From: Octopus vulgaris
Lineage: Eukaryota
DNA: 64,000 nt
Assembly (NCBI GenBank): GCA_951406725.2
Contig: OX597823.1
Coordinates: 39,370,001 to 39,434,000, forward strand
Direction of reading: 5' to 3'
Part shown: positions 1-14,749 of the stretch, one piece after another
Layout of the letters: every line of letters starts with the position of its first letter
Position numbering within the stretch: position 1 is the first letter of the stretch
The notes under the pieces: generated by a model
The model's database searches: none
What the model was told of the DNA's origin: nothing
Seen by the model: only the letters and a program-made list of their open reading frames with translations
Made by a program: the position numbers and the translations under genes

Positions 1-97
1 ACATATGCATATATATACATATGCATATATATATACATATGCATATAAAAATATATATACATATGCATATATATACATATGCATATATATATACATA

Positions 98-135
<38 letters not shown>

Positions 136-237
136 CATACATATATATACATACATATGTATACATGCATATGTATACACATATATATACATACATATAT
201 ATATACATGCGTATGTGTATGTATATATATATATATA

Positions 238-278
<41 letters not shown>

Positions 279-546
279 ACATACATATATATATATACAT
301 ACATATATATATACATACATATATATATACATACATACATATATACATACATACATATATACATACATACATATATACATACATATATATACATACATAC
401 ATATATACATACATACATATATACATATACATACATACATATATACATACATACATACATATATACATACATACATATATACATACATACATATATACAT
501 ACATATATACATACATACATACATATATACATACATACATATATAC

Positions 547-586
<40 letters not shown>

Positions 587-630
587 CTTCTTAATATATA
601 TATATATACATGCGTATGTGTGTATGTATG

Positions 631-665
<35 letters not shown>

Positions 666-670
666 GCATG
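1..670. repeat. Compound (AT)n/(ACAT)n microsatellite
   Basis: Direct reading; the overlapping YIHT/IYIY ORFs are translations of the repeat. Confidence 0.97.
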
Positions 671-1313
671 TATATTTACACTTTAGTTATGTCCAAACGA
701 ACATGACACGACACTTCGGCATCATCACATTTCTACAGCCGCGGGTTGGGTGGGGGGAGACTTTACATATCTGGGTCGAAGCGTGTGTTTAGCTAGCTGG
801 TTGCCTTTTAACGCCTATCTATCTACCTGTTGAAACCTCACTAGCATTATTATTATTATTATAATTATCATTATTTTTTACTATTATTAATCTTTCTCCC
901 TCTCGCTCTCGCCTCGCACGCACACATACATACATGCATACATACATACATACATACAAGCAAACAAAGCCTTTCTCCTAACTTTCCAAATTCTTCCACT
1001 CCTGAACCCCCTCTGTAGTTAACCCCCGCCGCCACAACCACCACCACCACCACTACCACCACTACTACTGCTGTTACTATCGTTCCTTTTAAGCTAAGAT
1101 TATTATGTACACATTTATGAAGATAGCTTCGCAAATAAATAAAAGACCTGTTCGGGAATCCAAACGCCTATATGTACACCCATTTTCTTTGTAAACACTG
1201 TTGTAGAAACAGACACATGGACAGTTCAATGCACACACACATACACACACACATACACACACACACACGTGCGCGGGAACTTAATACATGTGAGCGAGAA
1301 GAGAAGAACGGTG

Positions 1314-1368
1314 ATGCAGAATTCGTGCAGGGCACAATTGTTGGTGCGGTGTGCATTTAAAGTTGCAG
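1314..1368 (+). CDS. Speculative exon 1 of a small ORF (MQNSCRAQLLVRCAFKVA-G)
   Basis: ATG at 1314, CAG|GTAAAA donor at 1368/1369 (phase 1), in unique CpG-containing sequence; no homology recognised. Confidence 0.15.
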
Positions 1369-1869
1369 GTAAAACAGAATTACAGGTGCATAGGTAGAAA
1401 GAAATTACAGGTAAGAGTTGTGTAGGTAGAATCAAACAGAAATGACACACGTACAGACAGACATCACCTGCACCGGAAAGCCAAAGGTCAAATTGTTAGT
1501 TTTGCTGGTGTTGGTTTTTGTTGCAGAAGGGAGGTGGTGGTGGTGGTATTTTGTAGGATGATGGAGTTGCCGAATAGCTGTCCCTTCGAAGTCCCATACC
1601 GGATGGAAAAACAGAAAACGGAGGTAGTTCTTTTGACAACAATTTTTCCTCTTGTTAAAGCACTTCCGATACCTTGGAGACGGTAGAATAACCCGGAACT
1701 TTTTGTATAAGGTTTTCTCCGAATCATCCTCGTTCGATTAACTTCACTACGGGAGATTTTGTTTGTTTGTTTGTTTGTTTATTTATTTTTTTTATTTATT
1801 TTTAAGTATTCCTGTTTTTCATACATTGAGAAGAGTCTGAAAGATTAGCTGAATCGCTTACGCTTATCA

Positions 1870-2134
1870 TGTATACATGCATGCATGCATGCATGTATGT
1901 ATGTATGTATGCATGCATGCATGTATGTATGTATGTATGCATGTATGTATGAATGTATGCATGTATGTATGCATGCATGCATGTATGTATGTATGTATGT
2001 ATGCATGTATGTATGAATGTATGCATGTATGTATGAATGTATGCATGCATGTATGCATGCATGTATGTATGTATGTGTGTGTTTGTGCATGTATGTGTGT
2101 GTACGTATGTGTTTATGTATGTACATTAGTGTAA

Positions 2135-2186
<52 letters not shown>

Positions 2187-2250
2187 GCTCATGTGCAGGT
2201 ATGTATAATTTATATGTAGGTGTGTACACATACATACATACATACATGAA
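1870..2250. repeat. (TATG)n/(CATG)n/(TA)n compound microsatellite
   Basis: Direct reading. Confidence 0.95.
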
Positions 2251-2504
2251 AACACAAAAAATTTATAAACGTAATCGGTTCAGTAGAGAGAAAAAAATTG
2301 AAAGAAAGAAAAGTTTTTCCGGAAATTATCTCAGAAAATACTTTTACTTCTCATATAGTTTCTCCGAAAGATTTGCGAGACAACTACTACTATTCCTAAA
2401 CTCCATGTGTGCTATGTTGTTGTTGTTGTTGTTGGTGGTGGTGGTCACGGTAGTAATTGCGTGTATAGTTGGTGGTTGTGACATTAAGTGTTAAAAATGT
2501 GAGC

Positions 2505-2940
2505 GTTATTGTTTAGCCCTCGGTCAGACCTATAACCAAAGTCAATTCTAATCGTGATCATCACCAACGTTTACGGTTACCGAGAACTACATTATCTAAT
2601 GCACCCTTCTTTAATTTTTATAGAACAGGGTGTAATTTGAGAGATTTGGTTGCTATTTCTAGCAGAACGTAGTAGTTGTTGTTGTTCAGACCTAGGTCAG
2701 TCCTAGATCGAGCAAGCCCTATAACACAATCAAACGACTCTATCATCTCTCACTTGTACAGGTTTGCTCGTCCAGCGCAAAATTGTGGAGGTATACTTAT
2801 CTTCTTATTTAGTTGTTGTTAGTGGTTACAAATGCGACTGTTGTTGTTGTTTAACCCTAGGTCATCTCGTCTGCTTTTGTTAGATGTAAGCATCGACTAA
2901 ATTATTCCGTGTCGTTTTCTTTTTCAAATACTGTAGGGTG
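2505..2940 (+). mobile_element. Three old, degraded copies of a short interspersed repeat (related copies near 41400 and 60200)
   Basis: Recurring TTGTTGTT-T(A/C)...CC(C)TAGGTCAG motif at ~2510, ~2680 and ~2845 with similar downstream sequence. Confidence 0.5.
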
Positions 2941-3257
2941 ATCACAATTATAGTACTAATTAATTAATAACATCGACATCATCATCACTATCATCATTAA
3001 TGATAATAATAATAATAACAATATGCTAATAAAACCAACACCAACAACAACAATAATAATAACAATAATAATTATAATTATAATTACTTTTATTATTGTA
3101 TCATGTTTTTCGAAGTTGTTAACTTCGTAAACATTGTTTATTGGAGGAGGGGAAGTGATTATAAGAAAGAAAATTGTCAAATGCCGACAGAATGATAAAT
3201 AAACAAATAAATAAACGAAAAACGCTAAACAAACTTTTTTTTTAAATGCTTAAATAG

Positions 3258-3316
3258 GAATAATTGTCGTGTCTTTTGTGAATGAGGCGCAAGGCCACAC
3301 TGGGAACTGTTTTAAG
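3258..3316 (+). other. Candidate 59-nt internal exon
   Basis: T-run then AATAG acceptor (3256-3257), AAG|GTGAGC donor; open frame IIVVSFVNEAQGHTGNCFK; higher complexity than its flanks. Confidence 0.3.
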
Positions 3317-4179
3317 GTGAGCACAATTGTTGAATACAGACACAGAGACAGATACTGACGGATATAACAAAATAAAGAGAGGCTCACCTCAGTTGTGGAG
3401 TGAGTGACACTGGGGGAAGTATCCAACATGAAAATGTTACAAAATAAAAGCTGTACGTTCGTTTAAAATTTAGATATATTTTATAAAGATATTTATAAAA
3501 GTTTTGCGATCTGTGTTCCAACTGATTTTCGTTTACATACAAAGAATAATCGGAACTTAAATCGCAAGTCAGGTTTTAAAAACAGAAAAAAGAGAAAAAG
3601 AATTAAAAAAGATTTGTCATGTTTTAAATATTTAAAGAAAAAGAAAGGAAGGTATAGACACTCGTTTGTTTTTTTAAGTGAATGTATTTATTATCGAAAG
3701 GTATACCTTGTTAATAATTACCCAGGGATACCTGTTTAAGGTAGTTTAGTTGTTTAGTTTTAAACATACACAAATTAAGATTTTTACAGAAATAAGATCA
3801 TTCCTGAAGTAAGATTTATTATTATTAGATACATTCATTCATTAAAATTGTGTAACTACGTTTGCTTCGGAGTTCAATCTACCTATATACTTTACCTACC
3901 TGTCTATCTATATAGCTATTTATTTATTTAATCTATTAAATGAATTGAGTTTAGTTGTCTTACCTCTGGCCATGCAATAGGTGGGGCCTTGCAATATTTC
4001 ATTAAGTCCAAATAGAAAAAATAATAATATTTTTACATCCATCGGGAGTTGACGCTAATAAAACTTTTTTTGTTAGTCCATTTCGATTTGAAGCTAATTA
4101 CATCTGTCTGGCGGGTCGGTCCATCAGTCGGTCGGTTGGTTGGGACTGTGTGAAGTCGGTCGATTCTGATTGGTTAAGA

Positions 4180-4950
4180 AGTGAAAAGAGGAAGGGGGAT
4201 GTAACAAGGAGGAATAGGAGATAGGAAAATATAGAAAGCAAAGAGAGAGGGGGATTTGCGAATGTTTTTATTTTTAAAAGGAGAGAATGAAAACTAAAAG
4301 GAGAGGGGAGAGAATTTTAAAACAATAGTGGGAAGAAGTAAAGTTGTAAGAGAGAGGCAAGAGAGAAAGAGAGAGAGAGAATAGAAGAGATATAGATTAG
4401 AAAATGAGGAGAGAAGGGGAGAAAGAAGAGGATTAGATAGCGAGATAAAAGAAAGCAAAAGAGAAGGGGGGAAAATAATGACAATAAAGAGGAAGTGAGA
4501 GAAAGAGAGAGATAGAGAGAGATAGGAAAAAGAAGCGAGAGAAAGAAAAATAAGGAGAGTGAAAGAGGGAAAAACTAAAGCTGGAGAAAGATTAAGAGAA
4601 AGATTAATGACAATAGACAGAGAGTTAGAAAGAAAAAGAGAAAGAGAAAGACGGGGTGGGAAGGAAATAGTGAGGAGTGATATAGTAAAAGAAAGGTAAA
4701 GGTAGAAAAAGTTTGATTTTTTTTTTCTCTCAGTGTTGTGTATGTATTTGTGTGTGTATGAAGAGTGGTGTTTGTATAAACGTGTGTGTATAAAACAAAA
4801 GGGACATGTGAGATGGGGAGGGATAGAAGAGAGAGAAAGAGATAGAGAGAGAGAGAGAGAGAAGGAGTTATAATGACAGGTTTGTTGAAAAACAAAAGGG
4901 AGAAAGAAATGACGAGGGTGTTGAAAAAAATCGTTTCTTATAAAAAGAGA
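4180..4950. repeat. Polypurine (GA-rich) low-complexity tract
   Basis: Strongly A/G-biased + strand. Confidence 0.85.
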
Positions 4951-4994
4951 CAAATAAAATCAGACGATACACTATATACATACATACATACAGA

Positions 4995-5530
<536 letters not shown>

Positions 5531-5764
5531 AACTAGTTCATGAATAAATAGATGGACAGATAGATTGATGGAGAGAGAATGAGAGATAGAATTTGTAGGA
5601 TAATGATTATCATGGTGATGGTAATGATGATGTTAACGTGTGGTGGTGGTGATCTTATAGTGATGTTAATGGGAAGATGTTTCATAAAGCGCTATATAAA
5701 CTGTTTGTTTGTGTGTGTGTGTGTGTTTGCGCTCGCGTGGCTAAGTATGTATACATGCAAAAGA

Positions 5765-5808
<44 letters not shown>

Positions 5809-6181
5809 AACTTGGTAGATAAATAGGAAGAAAGGGAGAAAGAGACAAAGACAGAGAAATATGGATACATAAATAGAAAGAGAGAGAGGGAAGAGAAAAA
5901 GAGAAAGAAACTTAGTTGGAGGAAGAGCGTCGAAGAAAGAAAAGGGTAGAAAAACAAAAAAGAGAGGTACTAAAAAAGAAAAGGAAGTGGGTCTGCAAGA
6001 GAGAGAGAGTGGGCGATTGAGAGGGATGAGAATTAGTAAAAGACAGAGAGAATAAGGTAGAGAGAAAGAAAGATAGGAAAAAGATAGGCGAATAGATTAA
6101 GGAAGAGAGAAAGAGGAAACAAACGATGGCTGCTTTAATTTTTTTTTTCGTCTTATTTTGATATTAATTTATTTATTTCAG

Positions 6182-6202
6182 AGTGTGTACGACGACGAGT
6201 GA
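6182..6202 (+). other. Candidate exon start after a strong splice acceptor (SVYDDE-stop, or a 17-nt micro-exon using GA|GTGAGC)
   Basis: T-rich tract ending TTTATTTCAG at 6181. Confidence 0.2.
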
Positions 6203-6266
6203 GCTGTTGTTTTGCTTAAGTCTCGCACGTGCCCGGTTTTATATGACTGTTGTTCTTAGACCGCAC

Positions 6267-7531
<1,265 letters not shown>

Positions 7532-7814
7532 GGTATAGTTCTGAAATAGTTTGTCCTTCGAAGTCCCCTATTTAATGTGTCGTCACTGTGTGATTAAGAA
7601 GCTCGCTCCGCAACCAGCTTTTATCACACCTTTTTAGGCCTCTTCCGTAGTTTTTAGTTGATGAACGTCTTGTGGATGAAATTGCATACATACATACATA
7701 CATACATACATACATACATACATACATACATGCATACATGCATACATGCATACATACATACATGCATACATGCATACATGCATACATACATACATACATA
7801 CATACATACATACA

Positions 7815-8045
7815 TCAGAAGGTTATCATTTAAATATATATGAGCATGTCTAGATATGCAACTATATGCATGAGAATACGCACTTAAAATAAAACATACA
7901 AATCTGCACATATACACACATACATACAAACAAAAATACCCTGTTGTTGATGTTGAAATTCCAATGAAGGGGCCCTGGATCTGGGTTAGAAACCGGCTCT
8001 TTCTCTATTGGCAGGAAATCTTGAAATAAAATTGAACAATGACGT
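7815..8045 (+). mobile_element. Interspersed repeat, probably Penelope-derived (related copy reversed at ~30255-30410 and 30640-30700)
   Basis: Shared GGTTAGA(A/C)ACCGGCTCTTTCT.TATTGGCA.GAAATCTTGAAATAAAA block in both copies; degenerate hammerhead-like core at 7961-8000. Confidence 0.5.
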
Positions 8046-8084
8046 ACGTACATACATACATACATACATACATACATACGATAC

Positions 8085-8400
8085 GAATGTTGTTAGAAAA
8101 ATAAAAGAAAAAGAATACATCCATGGACCCTTGATAAGGAGTTTGCAAAATTAGTACCCAAGATACATATTCAGCTTCATACCAATTATTATTAGAGCAG
8201 TAGGATACAAACTAACCCGTCTGGAATAAAGTATGGCTGAACTTGGGATCTTGGGGAGAGAGTGAAAATCCTTAATTCGTATGCTACAAGTGATTACAAT
8301 ATCTGTCTGGGACTATAAAAATCTGCAAGACCTTCTTAAGATTTAAAGGATGACGGTTAAGTCAAGATATCTTCCTTCACAACCTTGCTACCAAGTCAGT
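8085..8400 (+). mobile_element. R4/Dong-like non-LTR retrotransposon 3' fragment (restriction-like endonuclease C-terminus)
   Basis: Translates with stops to KIKEKE..GPLIRSLQ..YPRYIFSFIPIII.AVGY..GTIKICKTFLRFKG; homologous to the 3' end of the element at 26800-28035. Confidence 0.7.
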
Positions 8401-8509
8401 GGTCGGTCAAAATTTACTCTACAATTAATAAGAGAAAGGAAAGAACATACATACATACATACATACATAGATACATACATACATACATACATACATACAT
8501 GCATACACA

Positions 8510-9005
8510 CAAGTAGACCTTGAAACGGCATATGATCCCGAGCTGCGAGGCATGCTGTGGAATGATATGCAAGAGTTTGAAATTAATGAACCAATTCTGG
8601 TTGCCGTGAAGTCCCTATACGAATGCCTAGACGTTTGTATTCGAAGAAATGATGTCTTATTTAAACCTTTCAACGTGAGTGTTGGACTTCGGAAGGGGTA
8701 TGTATTGTCACCTTTTTTTTTTTTGTAATTTTCAGGAATTGGATTGACATACACAGCCGTTGCAGAAGAGGTGTCACAACTGTTGGGTGTAAGATCAGTC
8801 AGCTGATATTTACGGACGATATGATGCTGCTGAATGGGTTCACTGTTGAGTGCTGCAAGGTAGGGATGAGAATTAGTGTTGCTGAGACATTGGTTATCTC
8901 AAGAAAATCCTCAGTGTACACTGCATGTTAGAGGAACATTCCTGAAACAAGTGGAGAAGTTTAGGTATCTCTGGGTTGTATTCACGAGTGAAGGAAAGTA
9001 GAAAG
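8510..9005 (+). mobile_element. RTE-clade LINE reverse transcriptase fragment (decayed)
   Basis: VDLETAYD..VKSLYE..KPFNVSVGLRKGYVLSP..LIFTDDMMLL..KQVEKFRYL motifs across frameshifts. Confidence 0.8.
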
Positions 9006-9013
9006 CTGGATGG

Positions 9014-9713
9014 TCGGGTCTTTTTTGTTTTCAATTTTTGTTCCAACTGATTTCATATTTAGTGTTTAGTGTAGTTTTGTACGGTAATCATTGACATGAA
9101 ATTCATGTTCACCATAAATAATAAATAAAGAATTAATAACTTTTAAAGTTTGCAAACTAGGGGTAATTTTAGCCAATCGAAAGCCACAGACATATAGGTA
9201 CCTATTTTCATTGTAACAAGTCAAGCTCTTACCAAGCTACTTACCAAAGTGGTCCTTTTTCGCTTATTAAATGCTTAAAACGCTTGTTGTATGAAATGGT
9301 CGTGTGATGTACTAAAAGTAAGGCCTTAAATCACGCACAAATTATTCTTTTGTTTTTGCATAATAGTATGAATCCCCGCGTATAGAATACAAATTAGCAA
9401 AAATTTTCTGAAAATTCCCCAAAATAAAACAGTAATGAGGGGTTATATGGTGTGCATAAAGCAAAATTCCGCTAATACTTCATTTGTTTATAGTTGATAA
9501 CACATGCTGTCACGCACAAAATGACAACTTCCAAATCCCATTTTCTGACTGGGTAAAAATGATCAGTTTTTAAACCTCTGTAACTGTTTCTAAAAAATGT
9601 TCTGGGAAAAGTGAATTAGCCCCTGAGAATCAGTGTGGAAAGTTACATCAATACACCAAATTTTTAAAATTTCACTAAATTTCCACTGGAGCAGCCAAAC
9701 AGAAAAGATCCGA
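9014..9713. mobile_element. Non-autonomous DNA transposon (MITE) interrupting the RTE LINE
   Basis: Terminal inverted repeats TCGGGTCTTTTTTGTTT / AAACAGAAAAGATCCGA (15/17); a similar end occurs at ~49960. Confidence 0.6.
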
Positions 9714-9889
9714 ATTGCCTGCCAGAATTACAGGTGCTGGTACGGTAGTACACCAAATTTAGTATTCGACCCTCAGAAGAGGAGCTATTGGTAAAAAAAA
9801 AAAAAAAAGGAAGTCAAACTTACTATCTTCAGTTCGGTTTTCGCCCCTATATTCACTTATGGTTATGAATATTGGGGAATGACGATCGC

Positions 9890-10200
9890 AAATACAAGTA
9901 ACCGAAATAGGGTTCCTCCGAATGTTCTCTGGAGTAATGTAACTCAACAGCTCGGTCTACTATTTTTCCGCATGAAGAGGTTACAGCCCCGATACTACGG
10001 ACATGTGGGCATGTGATTAGAATCACAAAACGTATTCTTCAAGTGGAGCCAACCTGCAGGACACCTAGAGGTCGACTAAGAATAAAATGGTCATATAATA
10101 TCCATAATCTCAGTTGGTCATACTTAGGAATCCAGCCAGAAAGTCTAATGACTGTTGCTTCTGACTGGACACTATTCATGTAGTGGGTGAAGATGAATGG
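9890..10200 (+). mobile_element. RTE-clade LINE 3' end (continuation of 8510-9005)
   Basis: EIGFLRM..RYYGHV..RILQVEPT..TPRGRLRIKW..LSWSYLGIQPE motifs typical of the RTE C-terminus. Confidence 0.75.
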
Positions 10201-10368
10201 AAATCAAAGAGGTGACCTGCAGCATTGCATAAAGTAATGTTAGATACGGTTCAAATATTTAATAGCAAATCAAAACTCACATGACCTCTGTCTTACAGAG
10301 AGGCGACACATCATTAGCCTCTATACTGAAATCGTTAACAATAAAAATAATGAGTTAATTCCCATCTA

Positions 10369-10823
<455 letters not shown>

Positions 10824-10850
10824 TATGTATGTATGTATGTATGTATGTAT

Positions 10851-11627
10851 CATTGCTATTATGCAAAAGTGTCGTAAGTCCAAAATGTAGCTTTTTCAGA
10901 AAATGAAAAAAATAGTTTCACCATTCCATTTCTTTTTACATTGGCAACAGTTCAGCTCAACAGTAATACTTTGTTGGGTGCATATATAATCATAACTCCA
11001 TGCATATATATTTATTTTCAGTCAGAAATATTTTTGCAAACTGTCGTATGTGGGACTTACTTTGGTTGGAAGCACTCCGTCGGTTACGACGACGAGGGTT
11101 CCGGTTGATCCGATCAAATCAACGGAACAGCCTGCTCGTGAAATTAACGTGTAAGTGGCTGAGCACTCCACAGACACGTGTACCCTTAACGTAGTTCTCG
11201 GGGATATTCAGCGCGACACAGAGAGTGACAAAGTCGGCCCTTTGAAATACAGGTACAACAGAAACAGGAAGTAAGAGTGAGAGAAAGTTGTGGTGAAAGA
11301 GTACAGCAGGGATCACCACCATTCCCTGTCGGAGCCTCGTGGAGCTTTAGGTGTTTTCGCTCAATAAACACTCACTGGGAATCGAAACCGCGATCCTATG
11401 ACCGTGAGTCCGCTGCCCTAACCACTGGGCCATTGCGCCTCCACTTACTACGCTTCTGAAAAATGATAACCCGTTGTACTACACTTTGACAATTTTATTT
11501 TTGAAGCAGCTGGAGATACGATAGCTTGACCAAGCGAGCCGGTTATTGCAAGCAAAATTGAATATTGAAAAAAAAAAAAAAAAAAAAAAAAACTGGTCAT
11601 ACGACAGTTTTTAGCATAATAGCAACG
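10851..11627. mobile_element. MITE-like DNA element with a nested SINE
   Basis: Imperfect ~28-bp TIRs TTGCTATTATGC-AAAAGTGTCGTA / TACGACAGTTTTTAGCATAATAGCAA. Confidence 0.65.
11062..11442 (-). mobile_element. tRNA-derived SINE, family B, with 7-bp TSD
   Basis: Reverse complement of 44829-45215; ACTTACT duplicated at 11055-11061 and 11443-11449. Confidence 0.92.
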
Positions 11628-11854
11628 ATGCACAGGATATTTCGAAACGTGTAGAAGAGTCAACTTCTGTATTGAAAATGAAGGATGACACTTTCAACAG
11701 CTCTGATAAATTTGTGTTTAAAGCCTTGTAAAGTCTTAATTCTTTTGTAGTCTTATACCATCTTATAAATATTTTTGCAACAAAATACTTACTGCGGAGA
11801 GACTTTTTGAACACACTGTATGTATAAATGCACATATACATACATACATACCCA

Positions 11855-12070
11855 TGTATGTATGTATGTATGTATGTATGTATGTATGTATGTATGTATG
11901 TATGTATGTATGTATGCGTGCATGCATGCATGTATGTATGTATGTATGTATGTATGTATGTATGTATGTATGCGTGCATGCATGCATGTATGTATGTATG
12001 TATGTATGCGTGCATGCATGCATGTATGTATGTATGTATGTATGTATGTATGTATGTATGTATGTATGTA

Positions 12071-12114
<44 letters not shown>

Positions 12115-12525
12115 CATGTATGCATGCATGCATGCATGTATGTATGTATGTATGTATGTATGTATGCATGCATGCATGCATGCATGTATGTATGTATGTA
12201 TGTATGTATGTATGTATGTATGTATGTATGCATGCATGCATGCATGCATGTATGTATGTATGTATGTATGTATGTATGTATGTATGTATGCATGCATGCA
12301 TGCATGTATGTATGTATGTATGTATGTATGTATGTATGTATGTATGTATGTATGTATGTATGTATGTATGTATGCATGCATGCATGCATGTATATATGTA
12401 TGTATGTATGCATGCATGCATGCATGTATGTATGTATGTATGTATGTATGTATGCATGCATGTATGTATGTATGTATGCATGCATGTATGTATGTATGTA
12501 TGTATGTATGTATGTATGTATGTAC
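11855..12525. repeat. (TATG)n array interrupted by (CATG)n blocks and (TG)n
   Basis: Direct reading. Confidence 0.97.
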
Positions 12526-13131
12526 GTATACGTACACAAATTCGCTCAGTCACATGCACGTAAAAAACTCCGGTGTAGCGCGGGAAGAAGAACACAGTTG
12601 GCAAGCAATTTTCCTGAGCAAGATTCACCGTAGTTACGCATAATTATATTCAGTTTTGAACACATTATGTGTTTTATTTGTTACAATGAGATAAATGTTT
12701 TTAAAAATGTCTTTACATATTACTCAGCTTTCAATAGTTCACTGTGAAAAGAAATAACACAATGTCTTTCCAACCGTGACAGTCTTAACAATACATACAC
12801 ACAACATACACACACACACATACACGCACACACACACACACACATACACACATACACATGTATATATACAATATATATATATATAGTTTATATGTATGCC
12901 TATCTGTGTGCCTGAGTGTGTGTGTGTGCATATATATATAGATAGATAGATAGATACACACACACATACATACTAATTGAAGAATGACCACCAAAGTGGA
13001 TTCCTAATATGCTAAAGATAGACGTCAAATCGCCTTACCATGAAGAGTGTGTTCTCAAGAAAATTTCAGCAAACGCCAGAATGTAAAAATGAACAAGACA
13101 AATGAAAATATACGAAATAAATAATGATTAC

Positions 13132-13197
13132 CTACGTACCAATGGTTTCGTTTGTTAATATTTACGAATGTAAATATCTGCAAATTCAACAGCGTAG
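13132..13197 (-). ncRNA. Type I hammerhead ribozyme-like motif (A6 mutated; probably inactive)
   Basis: Minus strand: CTACG-CTGTTGA-ATTTG..ATATTTAC attc GTAAATAT..CAAAC-GAAA-CCATTGG-TA-CGTAG; stems I, II and III all pair. Confidence 0.7.
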
Positions 13198-13243
13198 TCT
13201 ATCGCTTACAAAACACAATTTTCAGAACTAGACACAGAACATA

Positions 13244-13750
13244 TCTATATATATAAAACTCTAGTTGTGTGAGTGTCTGTCCCCTTCGATTTAGATTCCT
13301 AACTCCTCCCACATTTTGCGGTGCAGTTTAACCAAATTCGGGTATCTTATAGTCGTGATTCATATCGAGCCCGTCTGACTATTAGCGCGCGTCAACGATG
13401 AGTCTACGATTTTAAAAATAATTTAACATCATTTTTTATTCCATTTTAATGCATAAAATGCATCGTATGTCGATGGCGGCGGAGTTGGCGTCCACGCTCA
13501 CAGCTGCACCTGTTTGCTTCTCCCCCTTCCCTCCCTCGTGAAGCTGTGGGGAAGGGAGTGTAAAAGAAATCAACGTCGTAATGCGTTGTGAAGGAAACCA
13601 GCGTTCTTTTAGAACAACGACTTCATGGCTTGAAGACACCAAAACAAAAATGGCTAAGAAAGCCCGAATTTATAAGGGAAGTAACTCTCTAAAAATGCTT
13701 ATATAGTTATTTCCCTTACAAACCCGAGCAACGGCGGGCGATACTGCTAG
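13244..13750 (+). mobile_element. Non-autonomous Helitron, family 1
   Basis: 5' TC, 3' hairpin CCCGAGCAACGGCGGG plus CTAG, inserted between A and T. Confidence 0.88.
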
Positions 13751-13764
13751 TATATATATATATT

Positions 13765-13866
13765 CTTTTATTCTTTTATTTGTTTCAGTCATTTGACTGC
13801 GGCTATGCTGGAGAATCACCTTAAGTCAAACAAATCGAGCCCAAGACTTATTCTTTGTAAGCCTAG
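13765..13866 (-). mobile_element. SINE family A 3' fragment
   Basis: TTGTTTCAGTCATTTGACTGCGGC..GCTGGAG tail. Confidence 0.8.
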
Positions 13867-13891
13867 AAAGAGAGAGAGAGAGAGAGAGTGT

Positions 13892-13969
<78 letters not shown>

Positions 13970-13995
13970 AGGAAAGGAAAGAGTCGCATCAAATA

Positions 13996-14517
13996 TCTAT
14001 ATATATAAAACTGTAGTTGTGTGAGTGTCTGTCTCCTGCGATTTAGATTCCTAACTACTCCCACATTTTGCGGTGCAGTTTAACCAAATTCGGGTATCTT
14101 ATAGTCGTGATTCATATCGAGCCCGTCTGGGTATTAGCGCGCGTCTACGATGAGTCTACGATTTTAAAAATAATTTAACATGATTTTTTTCCATTTTAAC
14201 GCATATTTTTTCGTGTGTCGATGGCGGCGGAGTTGGCGTCCATGGTCACACCTGCACCTGTGTTGCTTCTCCCCCTTCTTCCTTCCCTCGTGAAGCTGTG
14301 GGGAAGGGAGTGTAAGGAAATCAACGTCGTAAAGCATTGTCAAGGAGACCAGCGTTCTTTTAGAACAACGACTTCATGGCTTGAAGACACCAAAATTACC
14401 ATCATTTTTATTCCATTTTTAATGCATTGTTTTGCTATTTTTTTGCTATAACTCACTAAAAATGCTTATATAGTTATTTCCCTTACAAACCCGAGCAACG
14501 CCGGGCGATACTGCTAG
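13996..14517 (+). mobile_element. Non-autonomous Helitron, family 1
   Basis: TC...CCCGAGCAACGCCGGG...CTAG; highly similar to 13244-13750. Confidence 0.88.
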
Positions 14518-14652
14518 TATTAAGATAAAACTTACTTGGAAATGGATGCTTGGTGTTCACTCTCTCTTACTCTCTCTCCCTTTCATTTTCTCTCTCTTCC
14601 TTCCGTTTTCTCTCTCATCCTTTCTCTAATTCTTTTTTCTTCCCTTCACCGT

Positions 14653-14683
<31 letters not shown>

Positions 14684-14749
14684 TTCTCCCTCTTTCTCCT
14701 TTACTCGCTCTCGTTGCTCACAAGTGACCATCGTCCATCTTTCCTTTTT

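Noticed and set aside
5-706. Long ORFs (YIHT, MYVC, poly-P/V/N/L/Y, HTHT) here and at 11611-12643, 31218-31747, 38295-39362, 40543-41259, 42700-43047, 45525-46100 and 61229-62196
   Set aside because: Translations of microsatellites that lack stop codons; no protein-like complexity
4294-4953. Hydrophobic 219-aa ORF resembling a membrane protein
   Set aside because: Product of a CT-rich low-complexity strand
7955-8005. Hammerhead-like CCAATGA..GAAACCGGCT
   Set aside because: Two changes in the CUGAnGA box, no U at 16.1 and poor stem I; kept only as a hint of PLE origin
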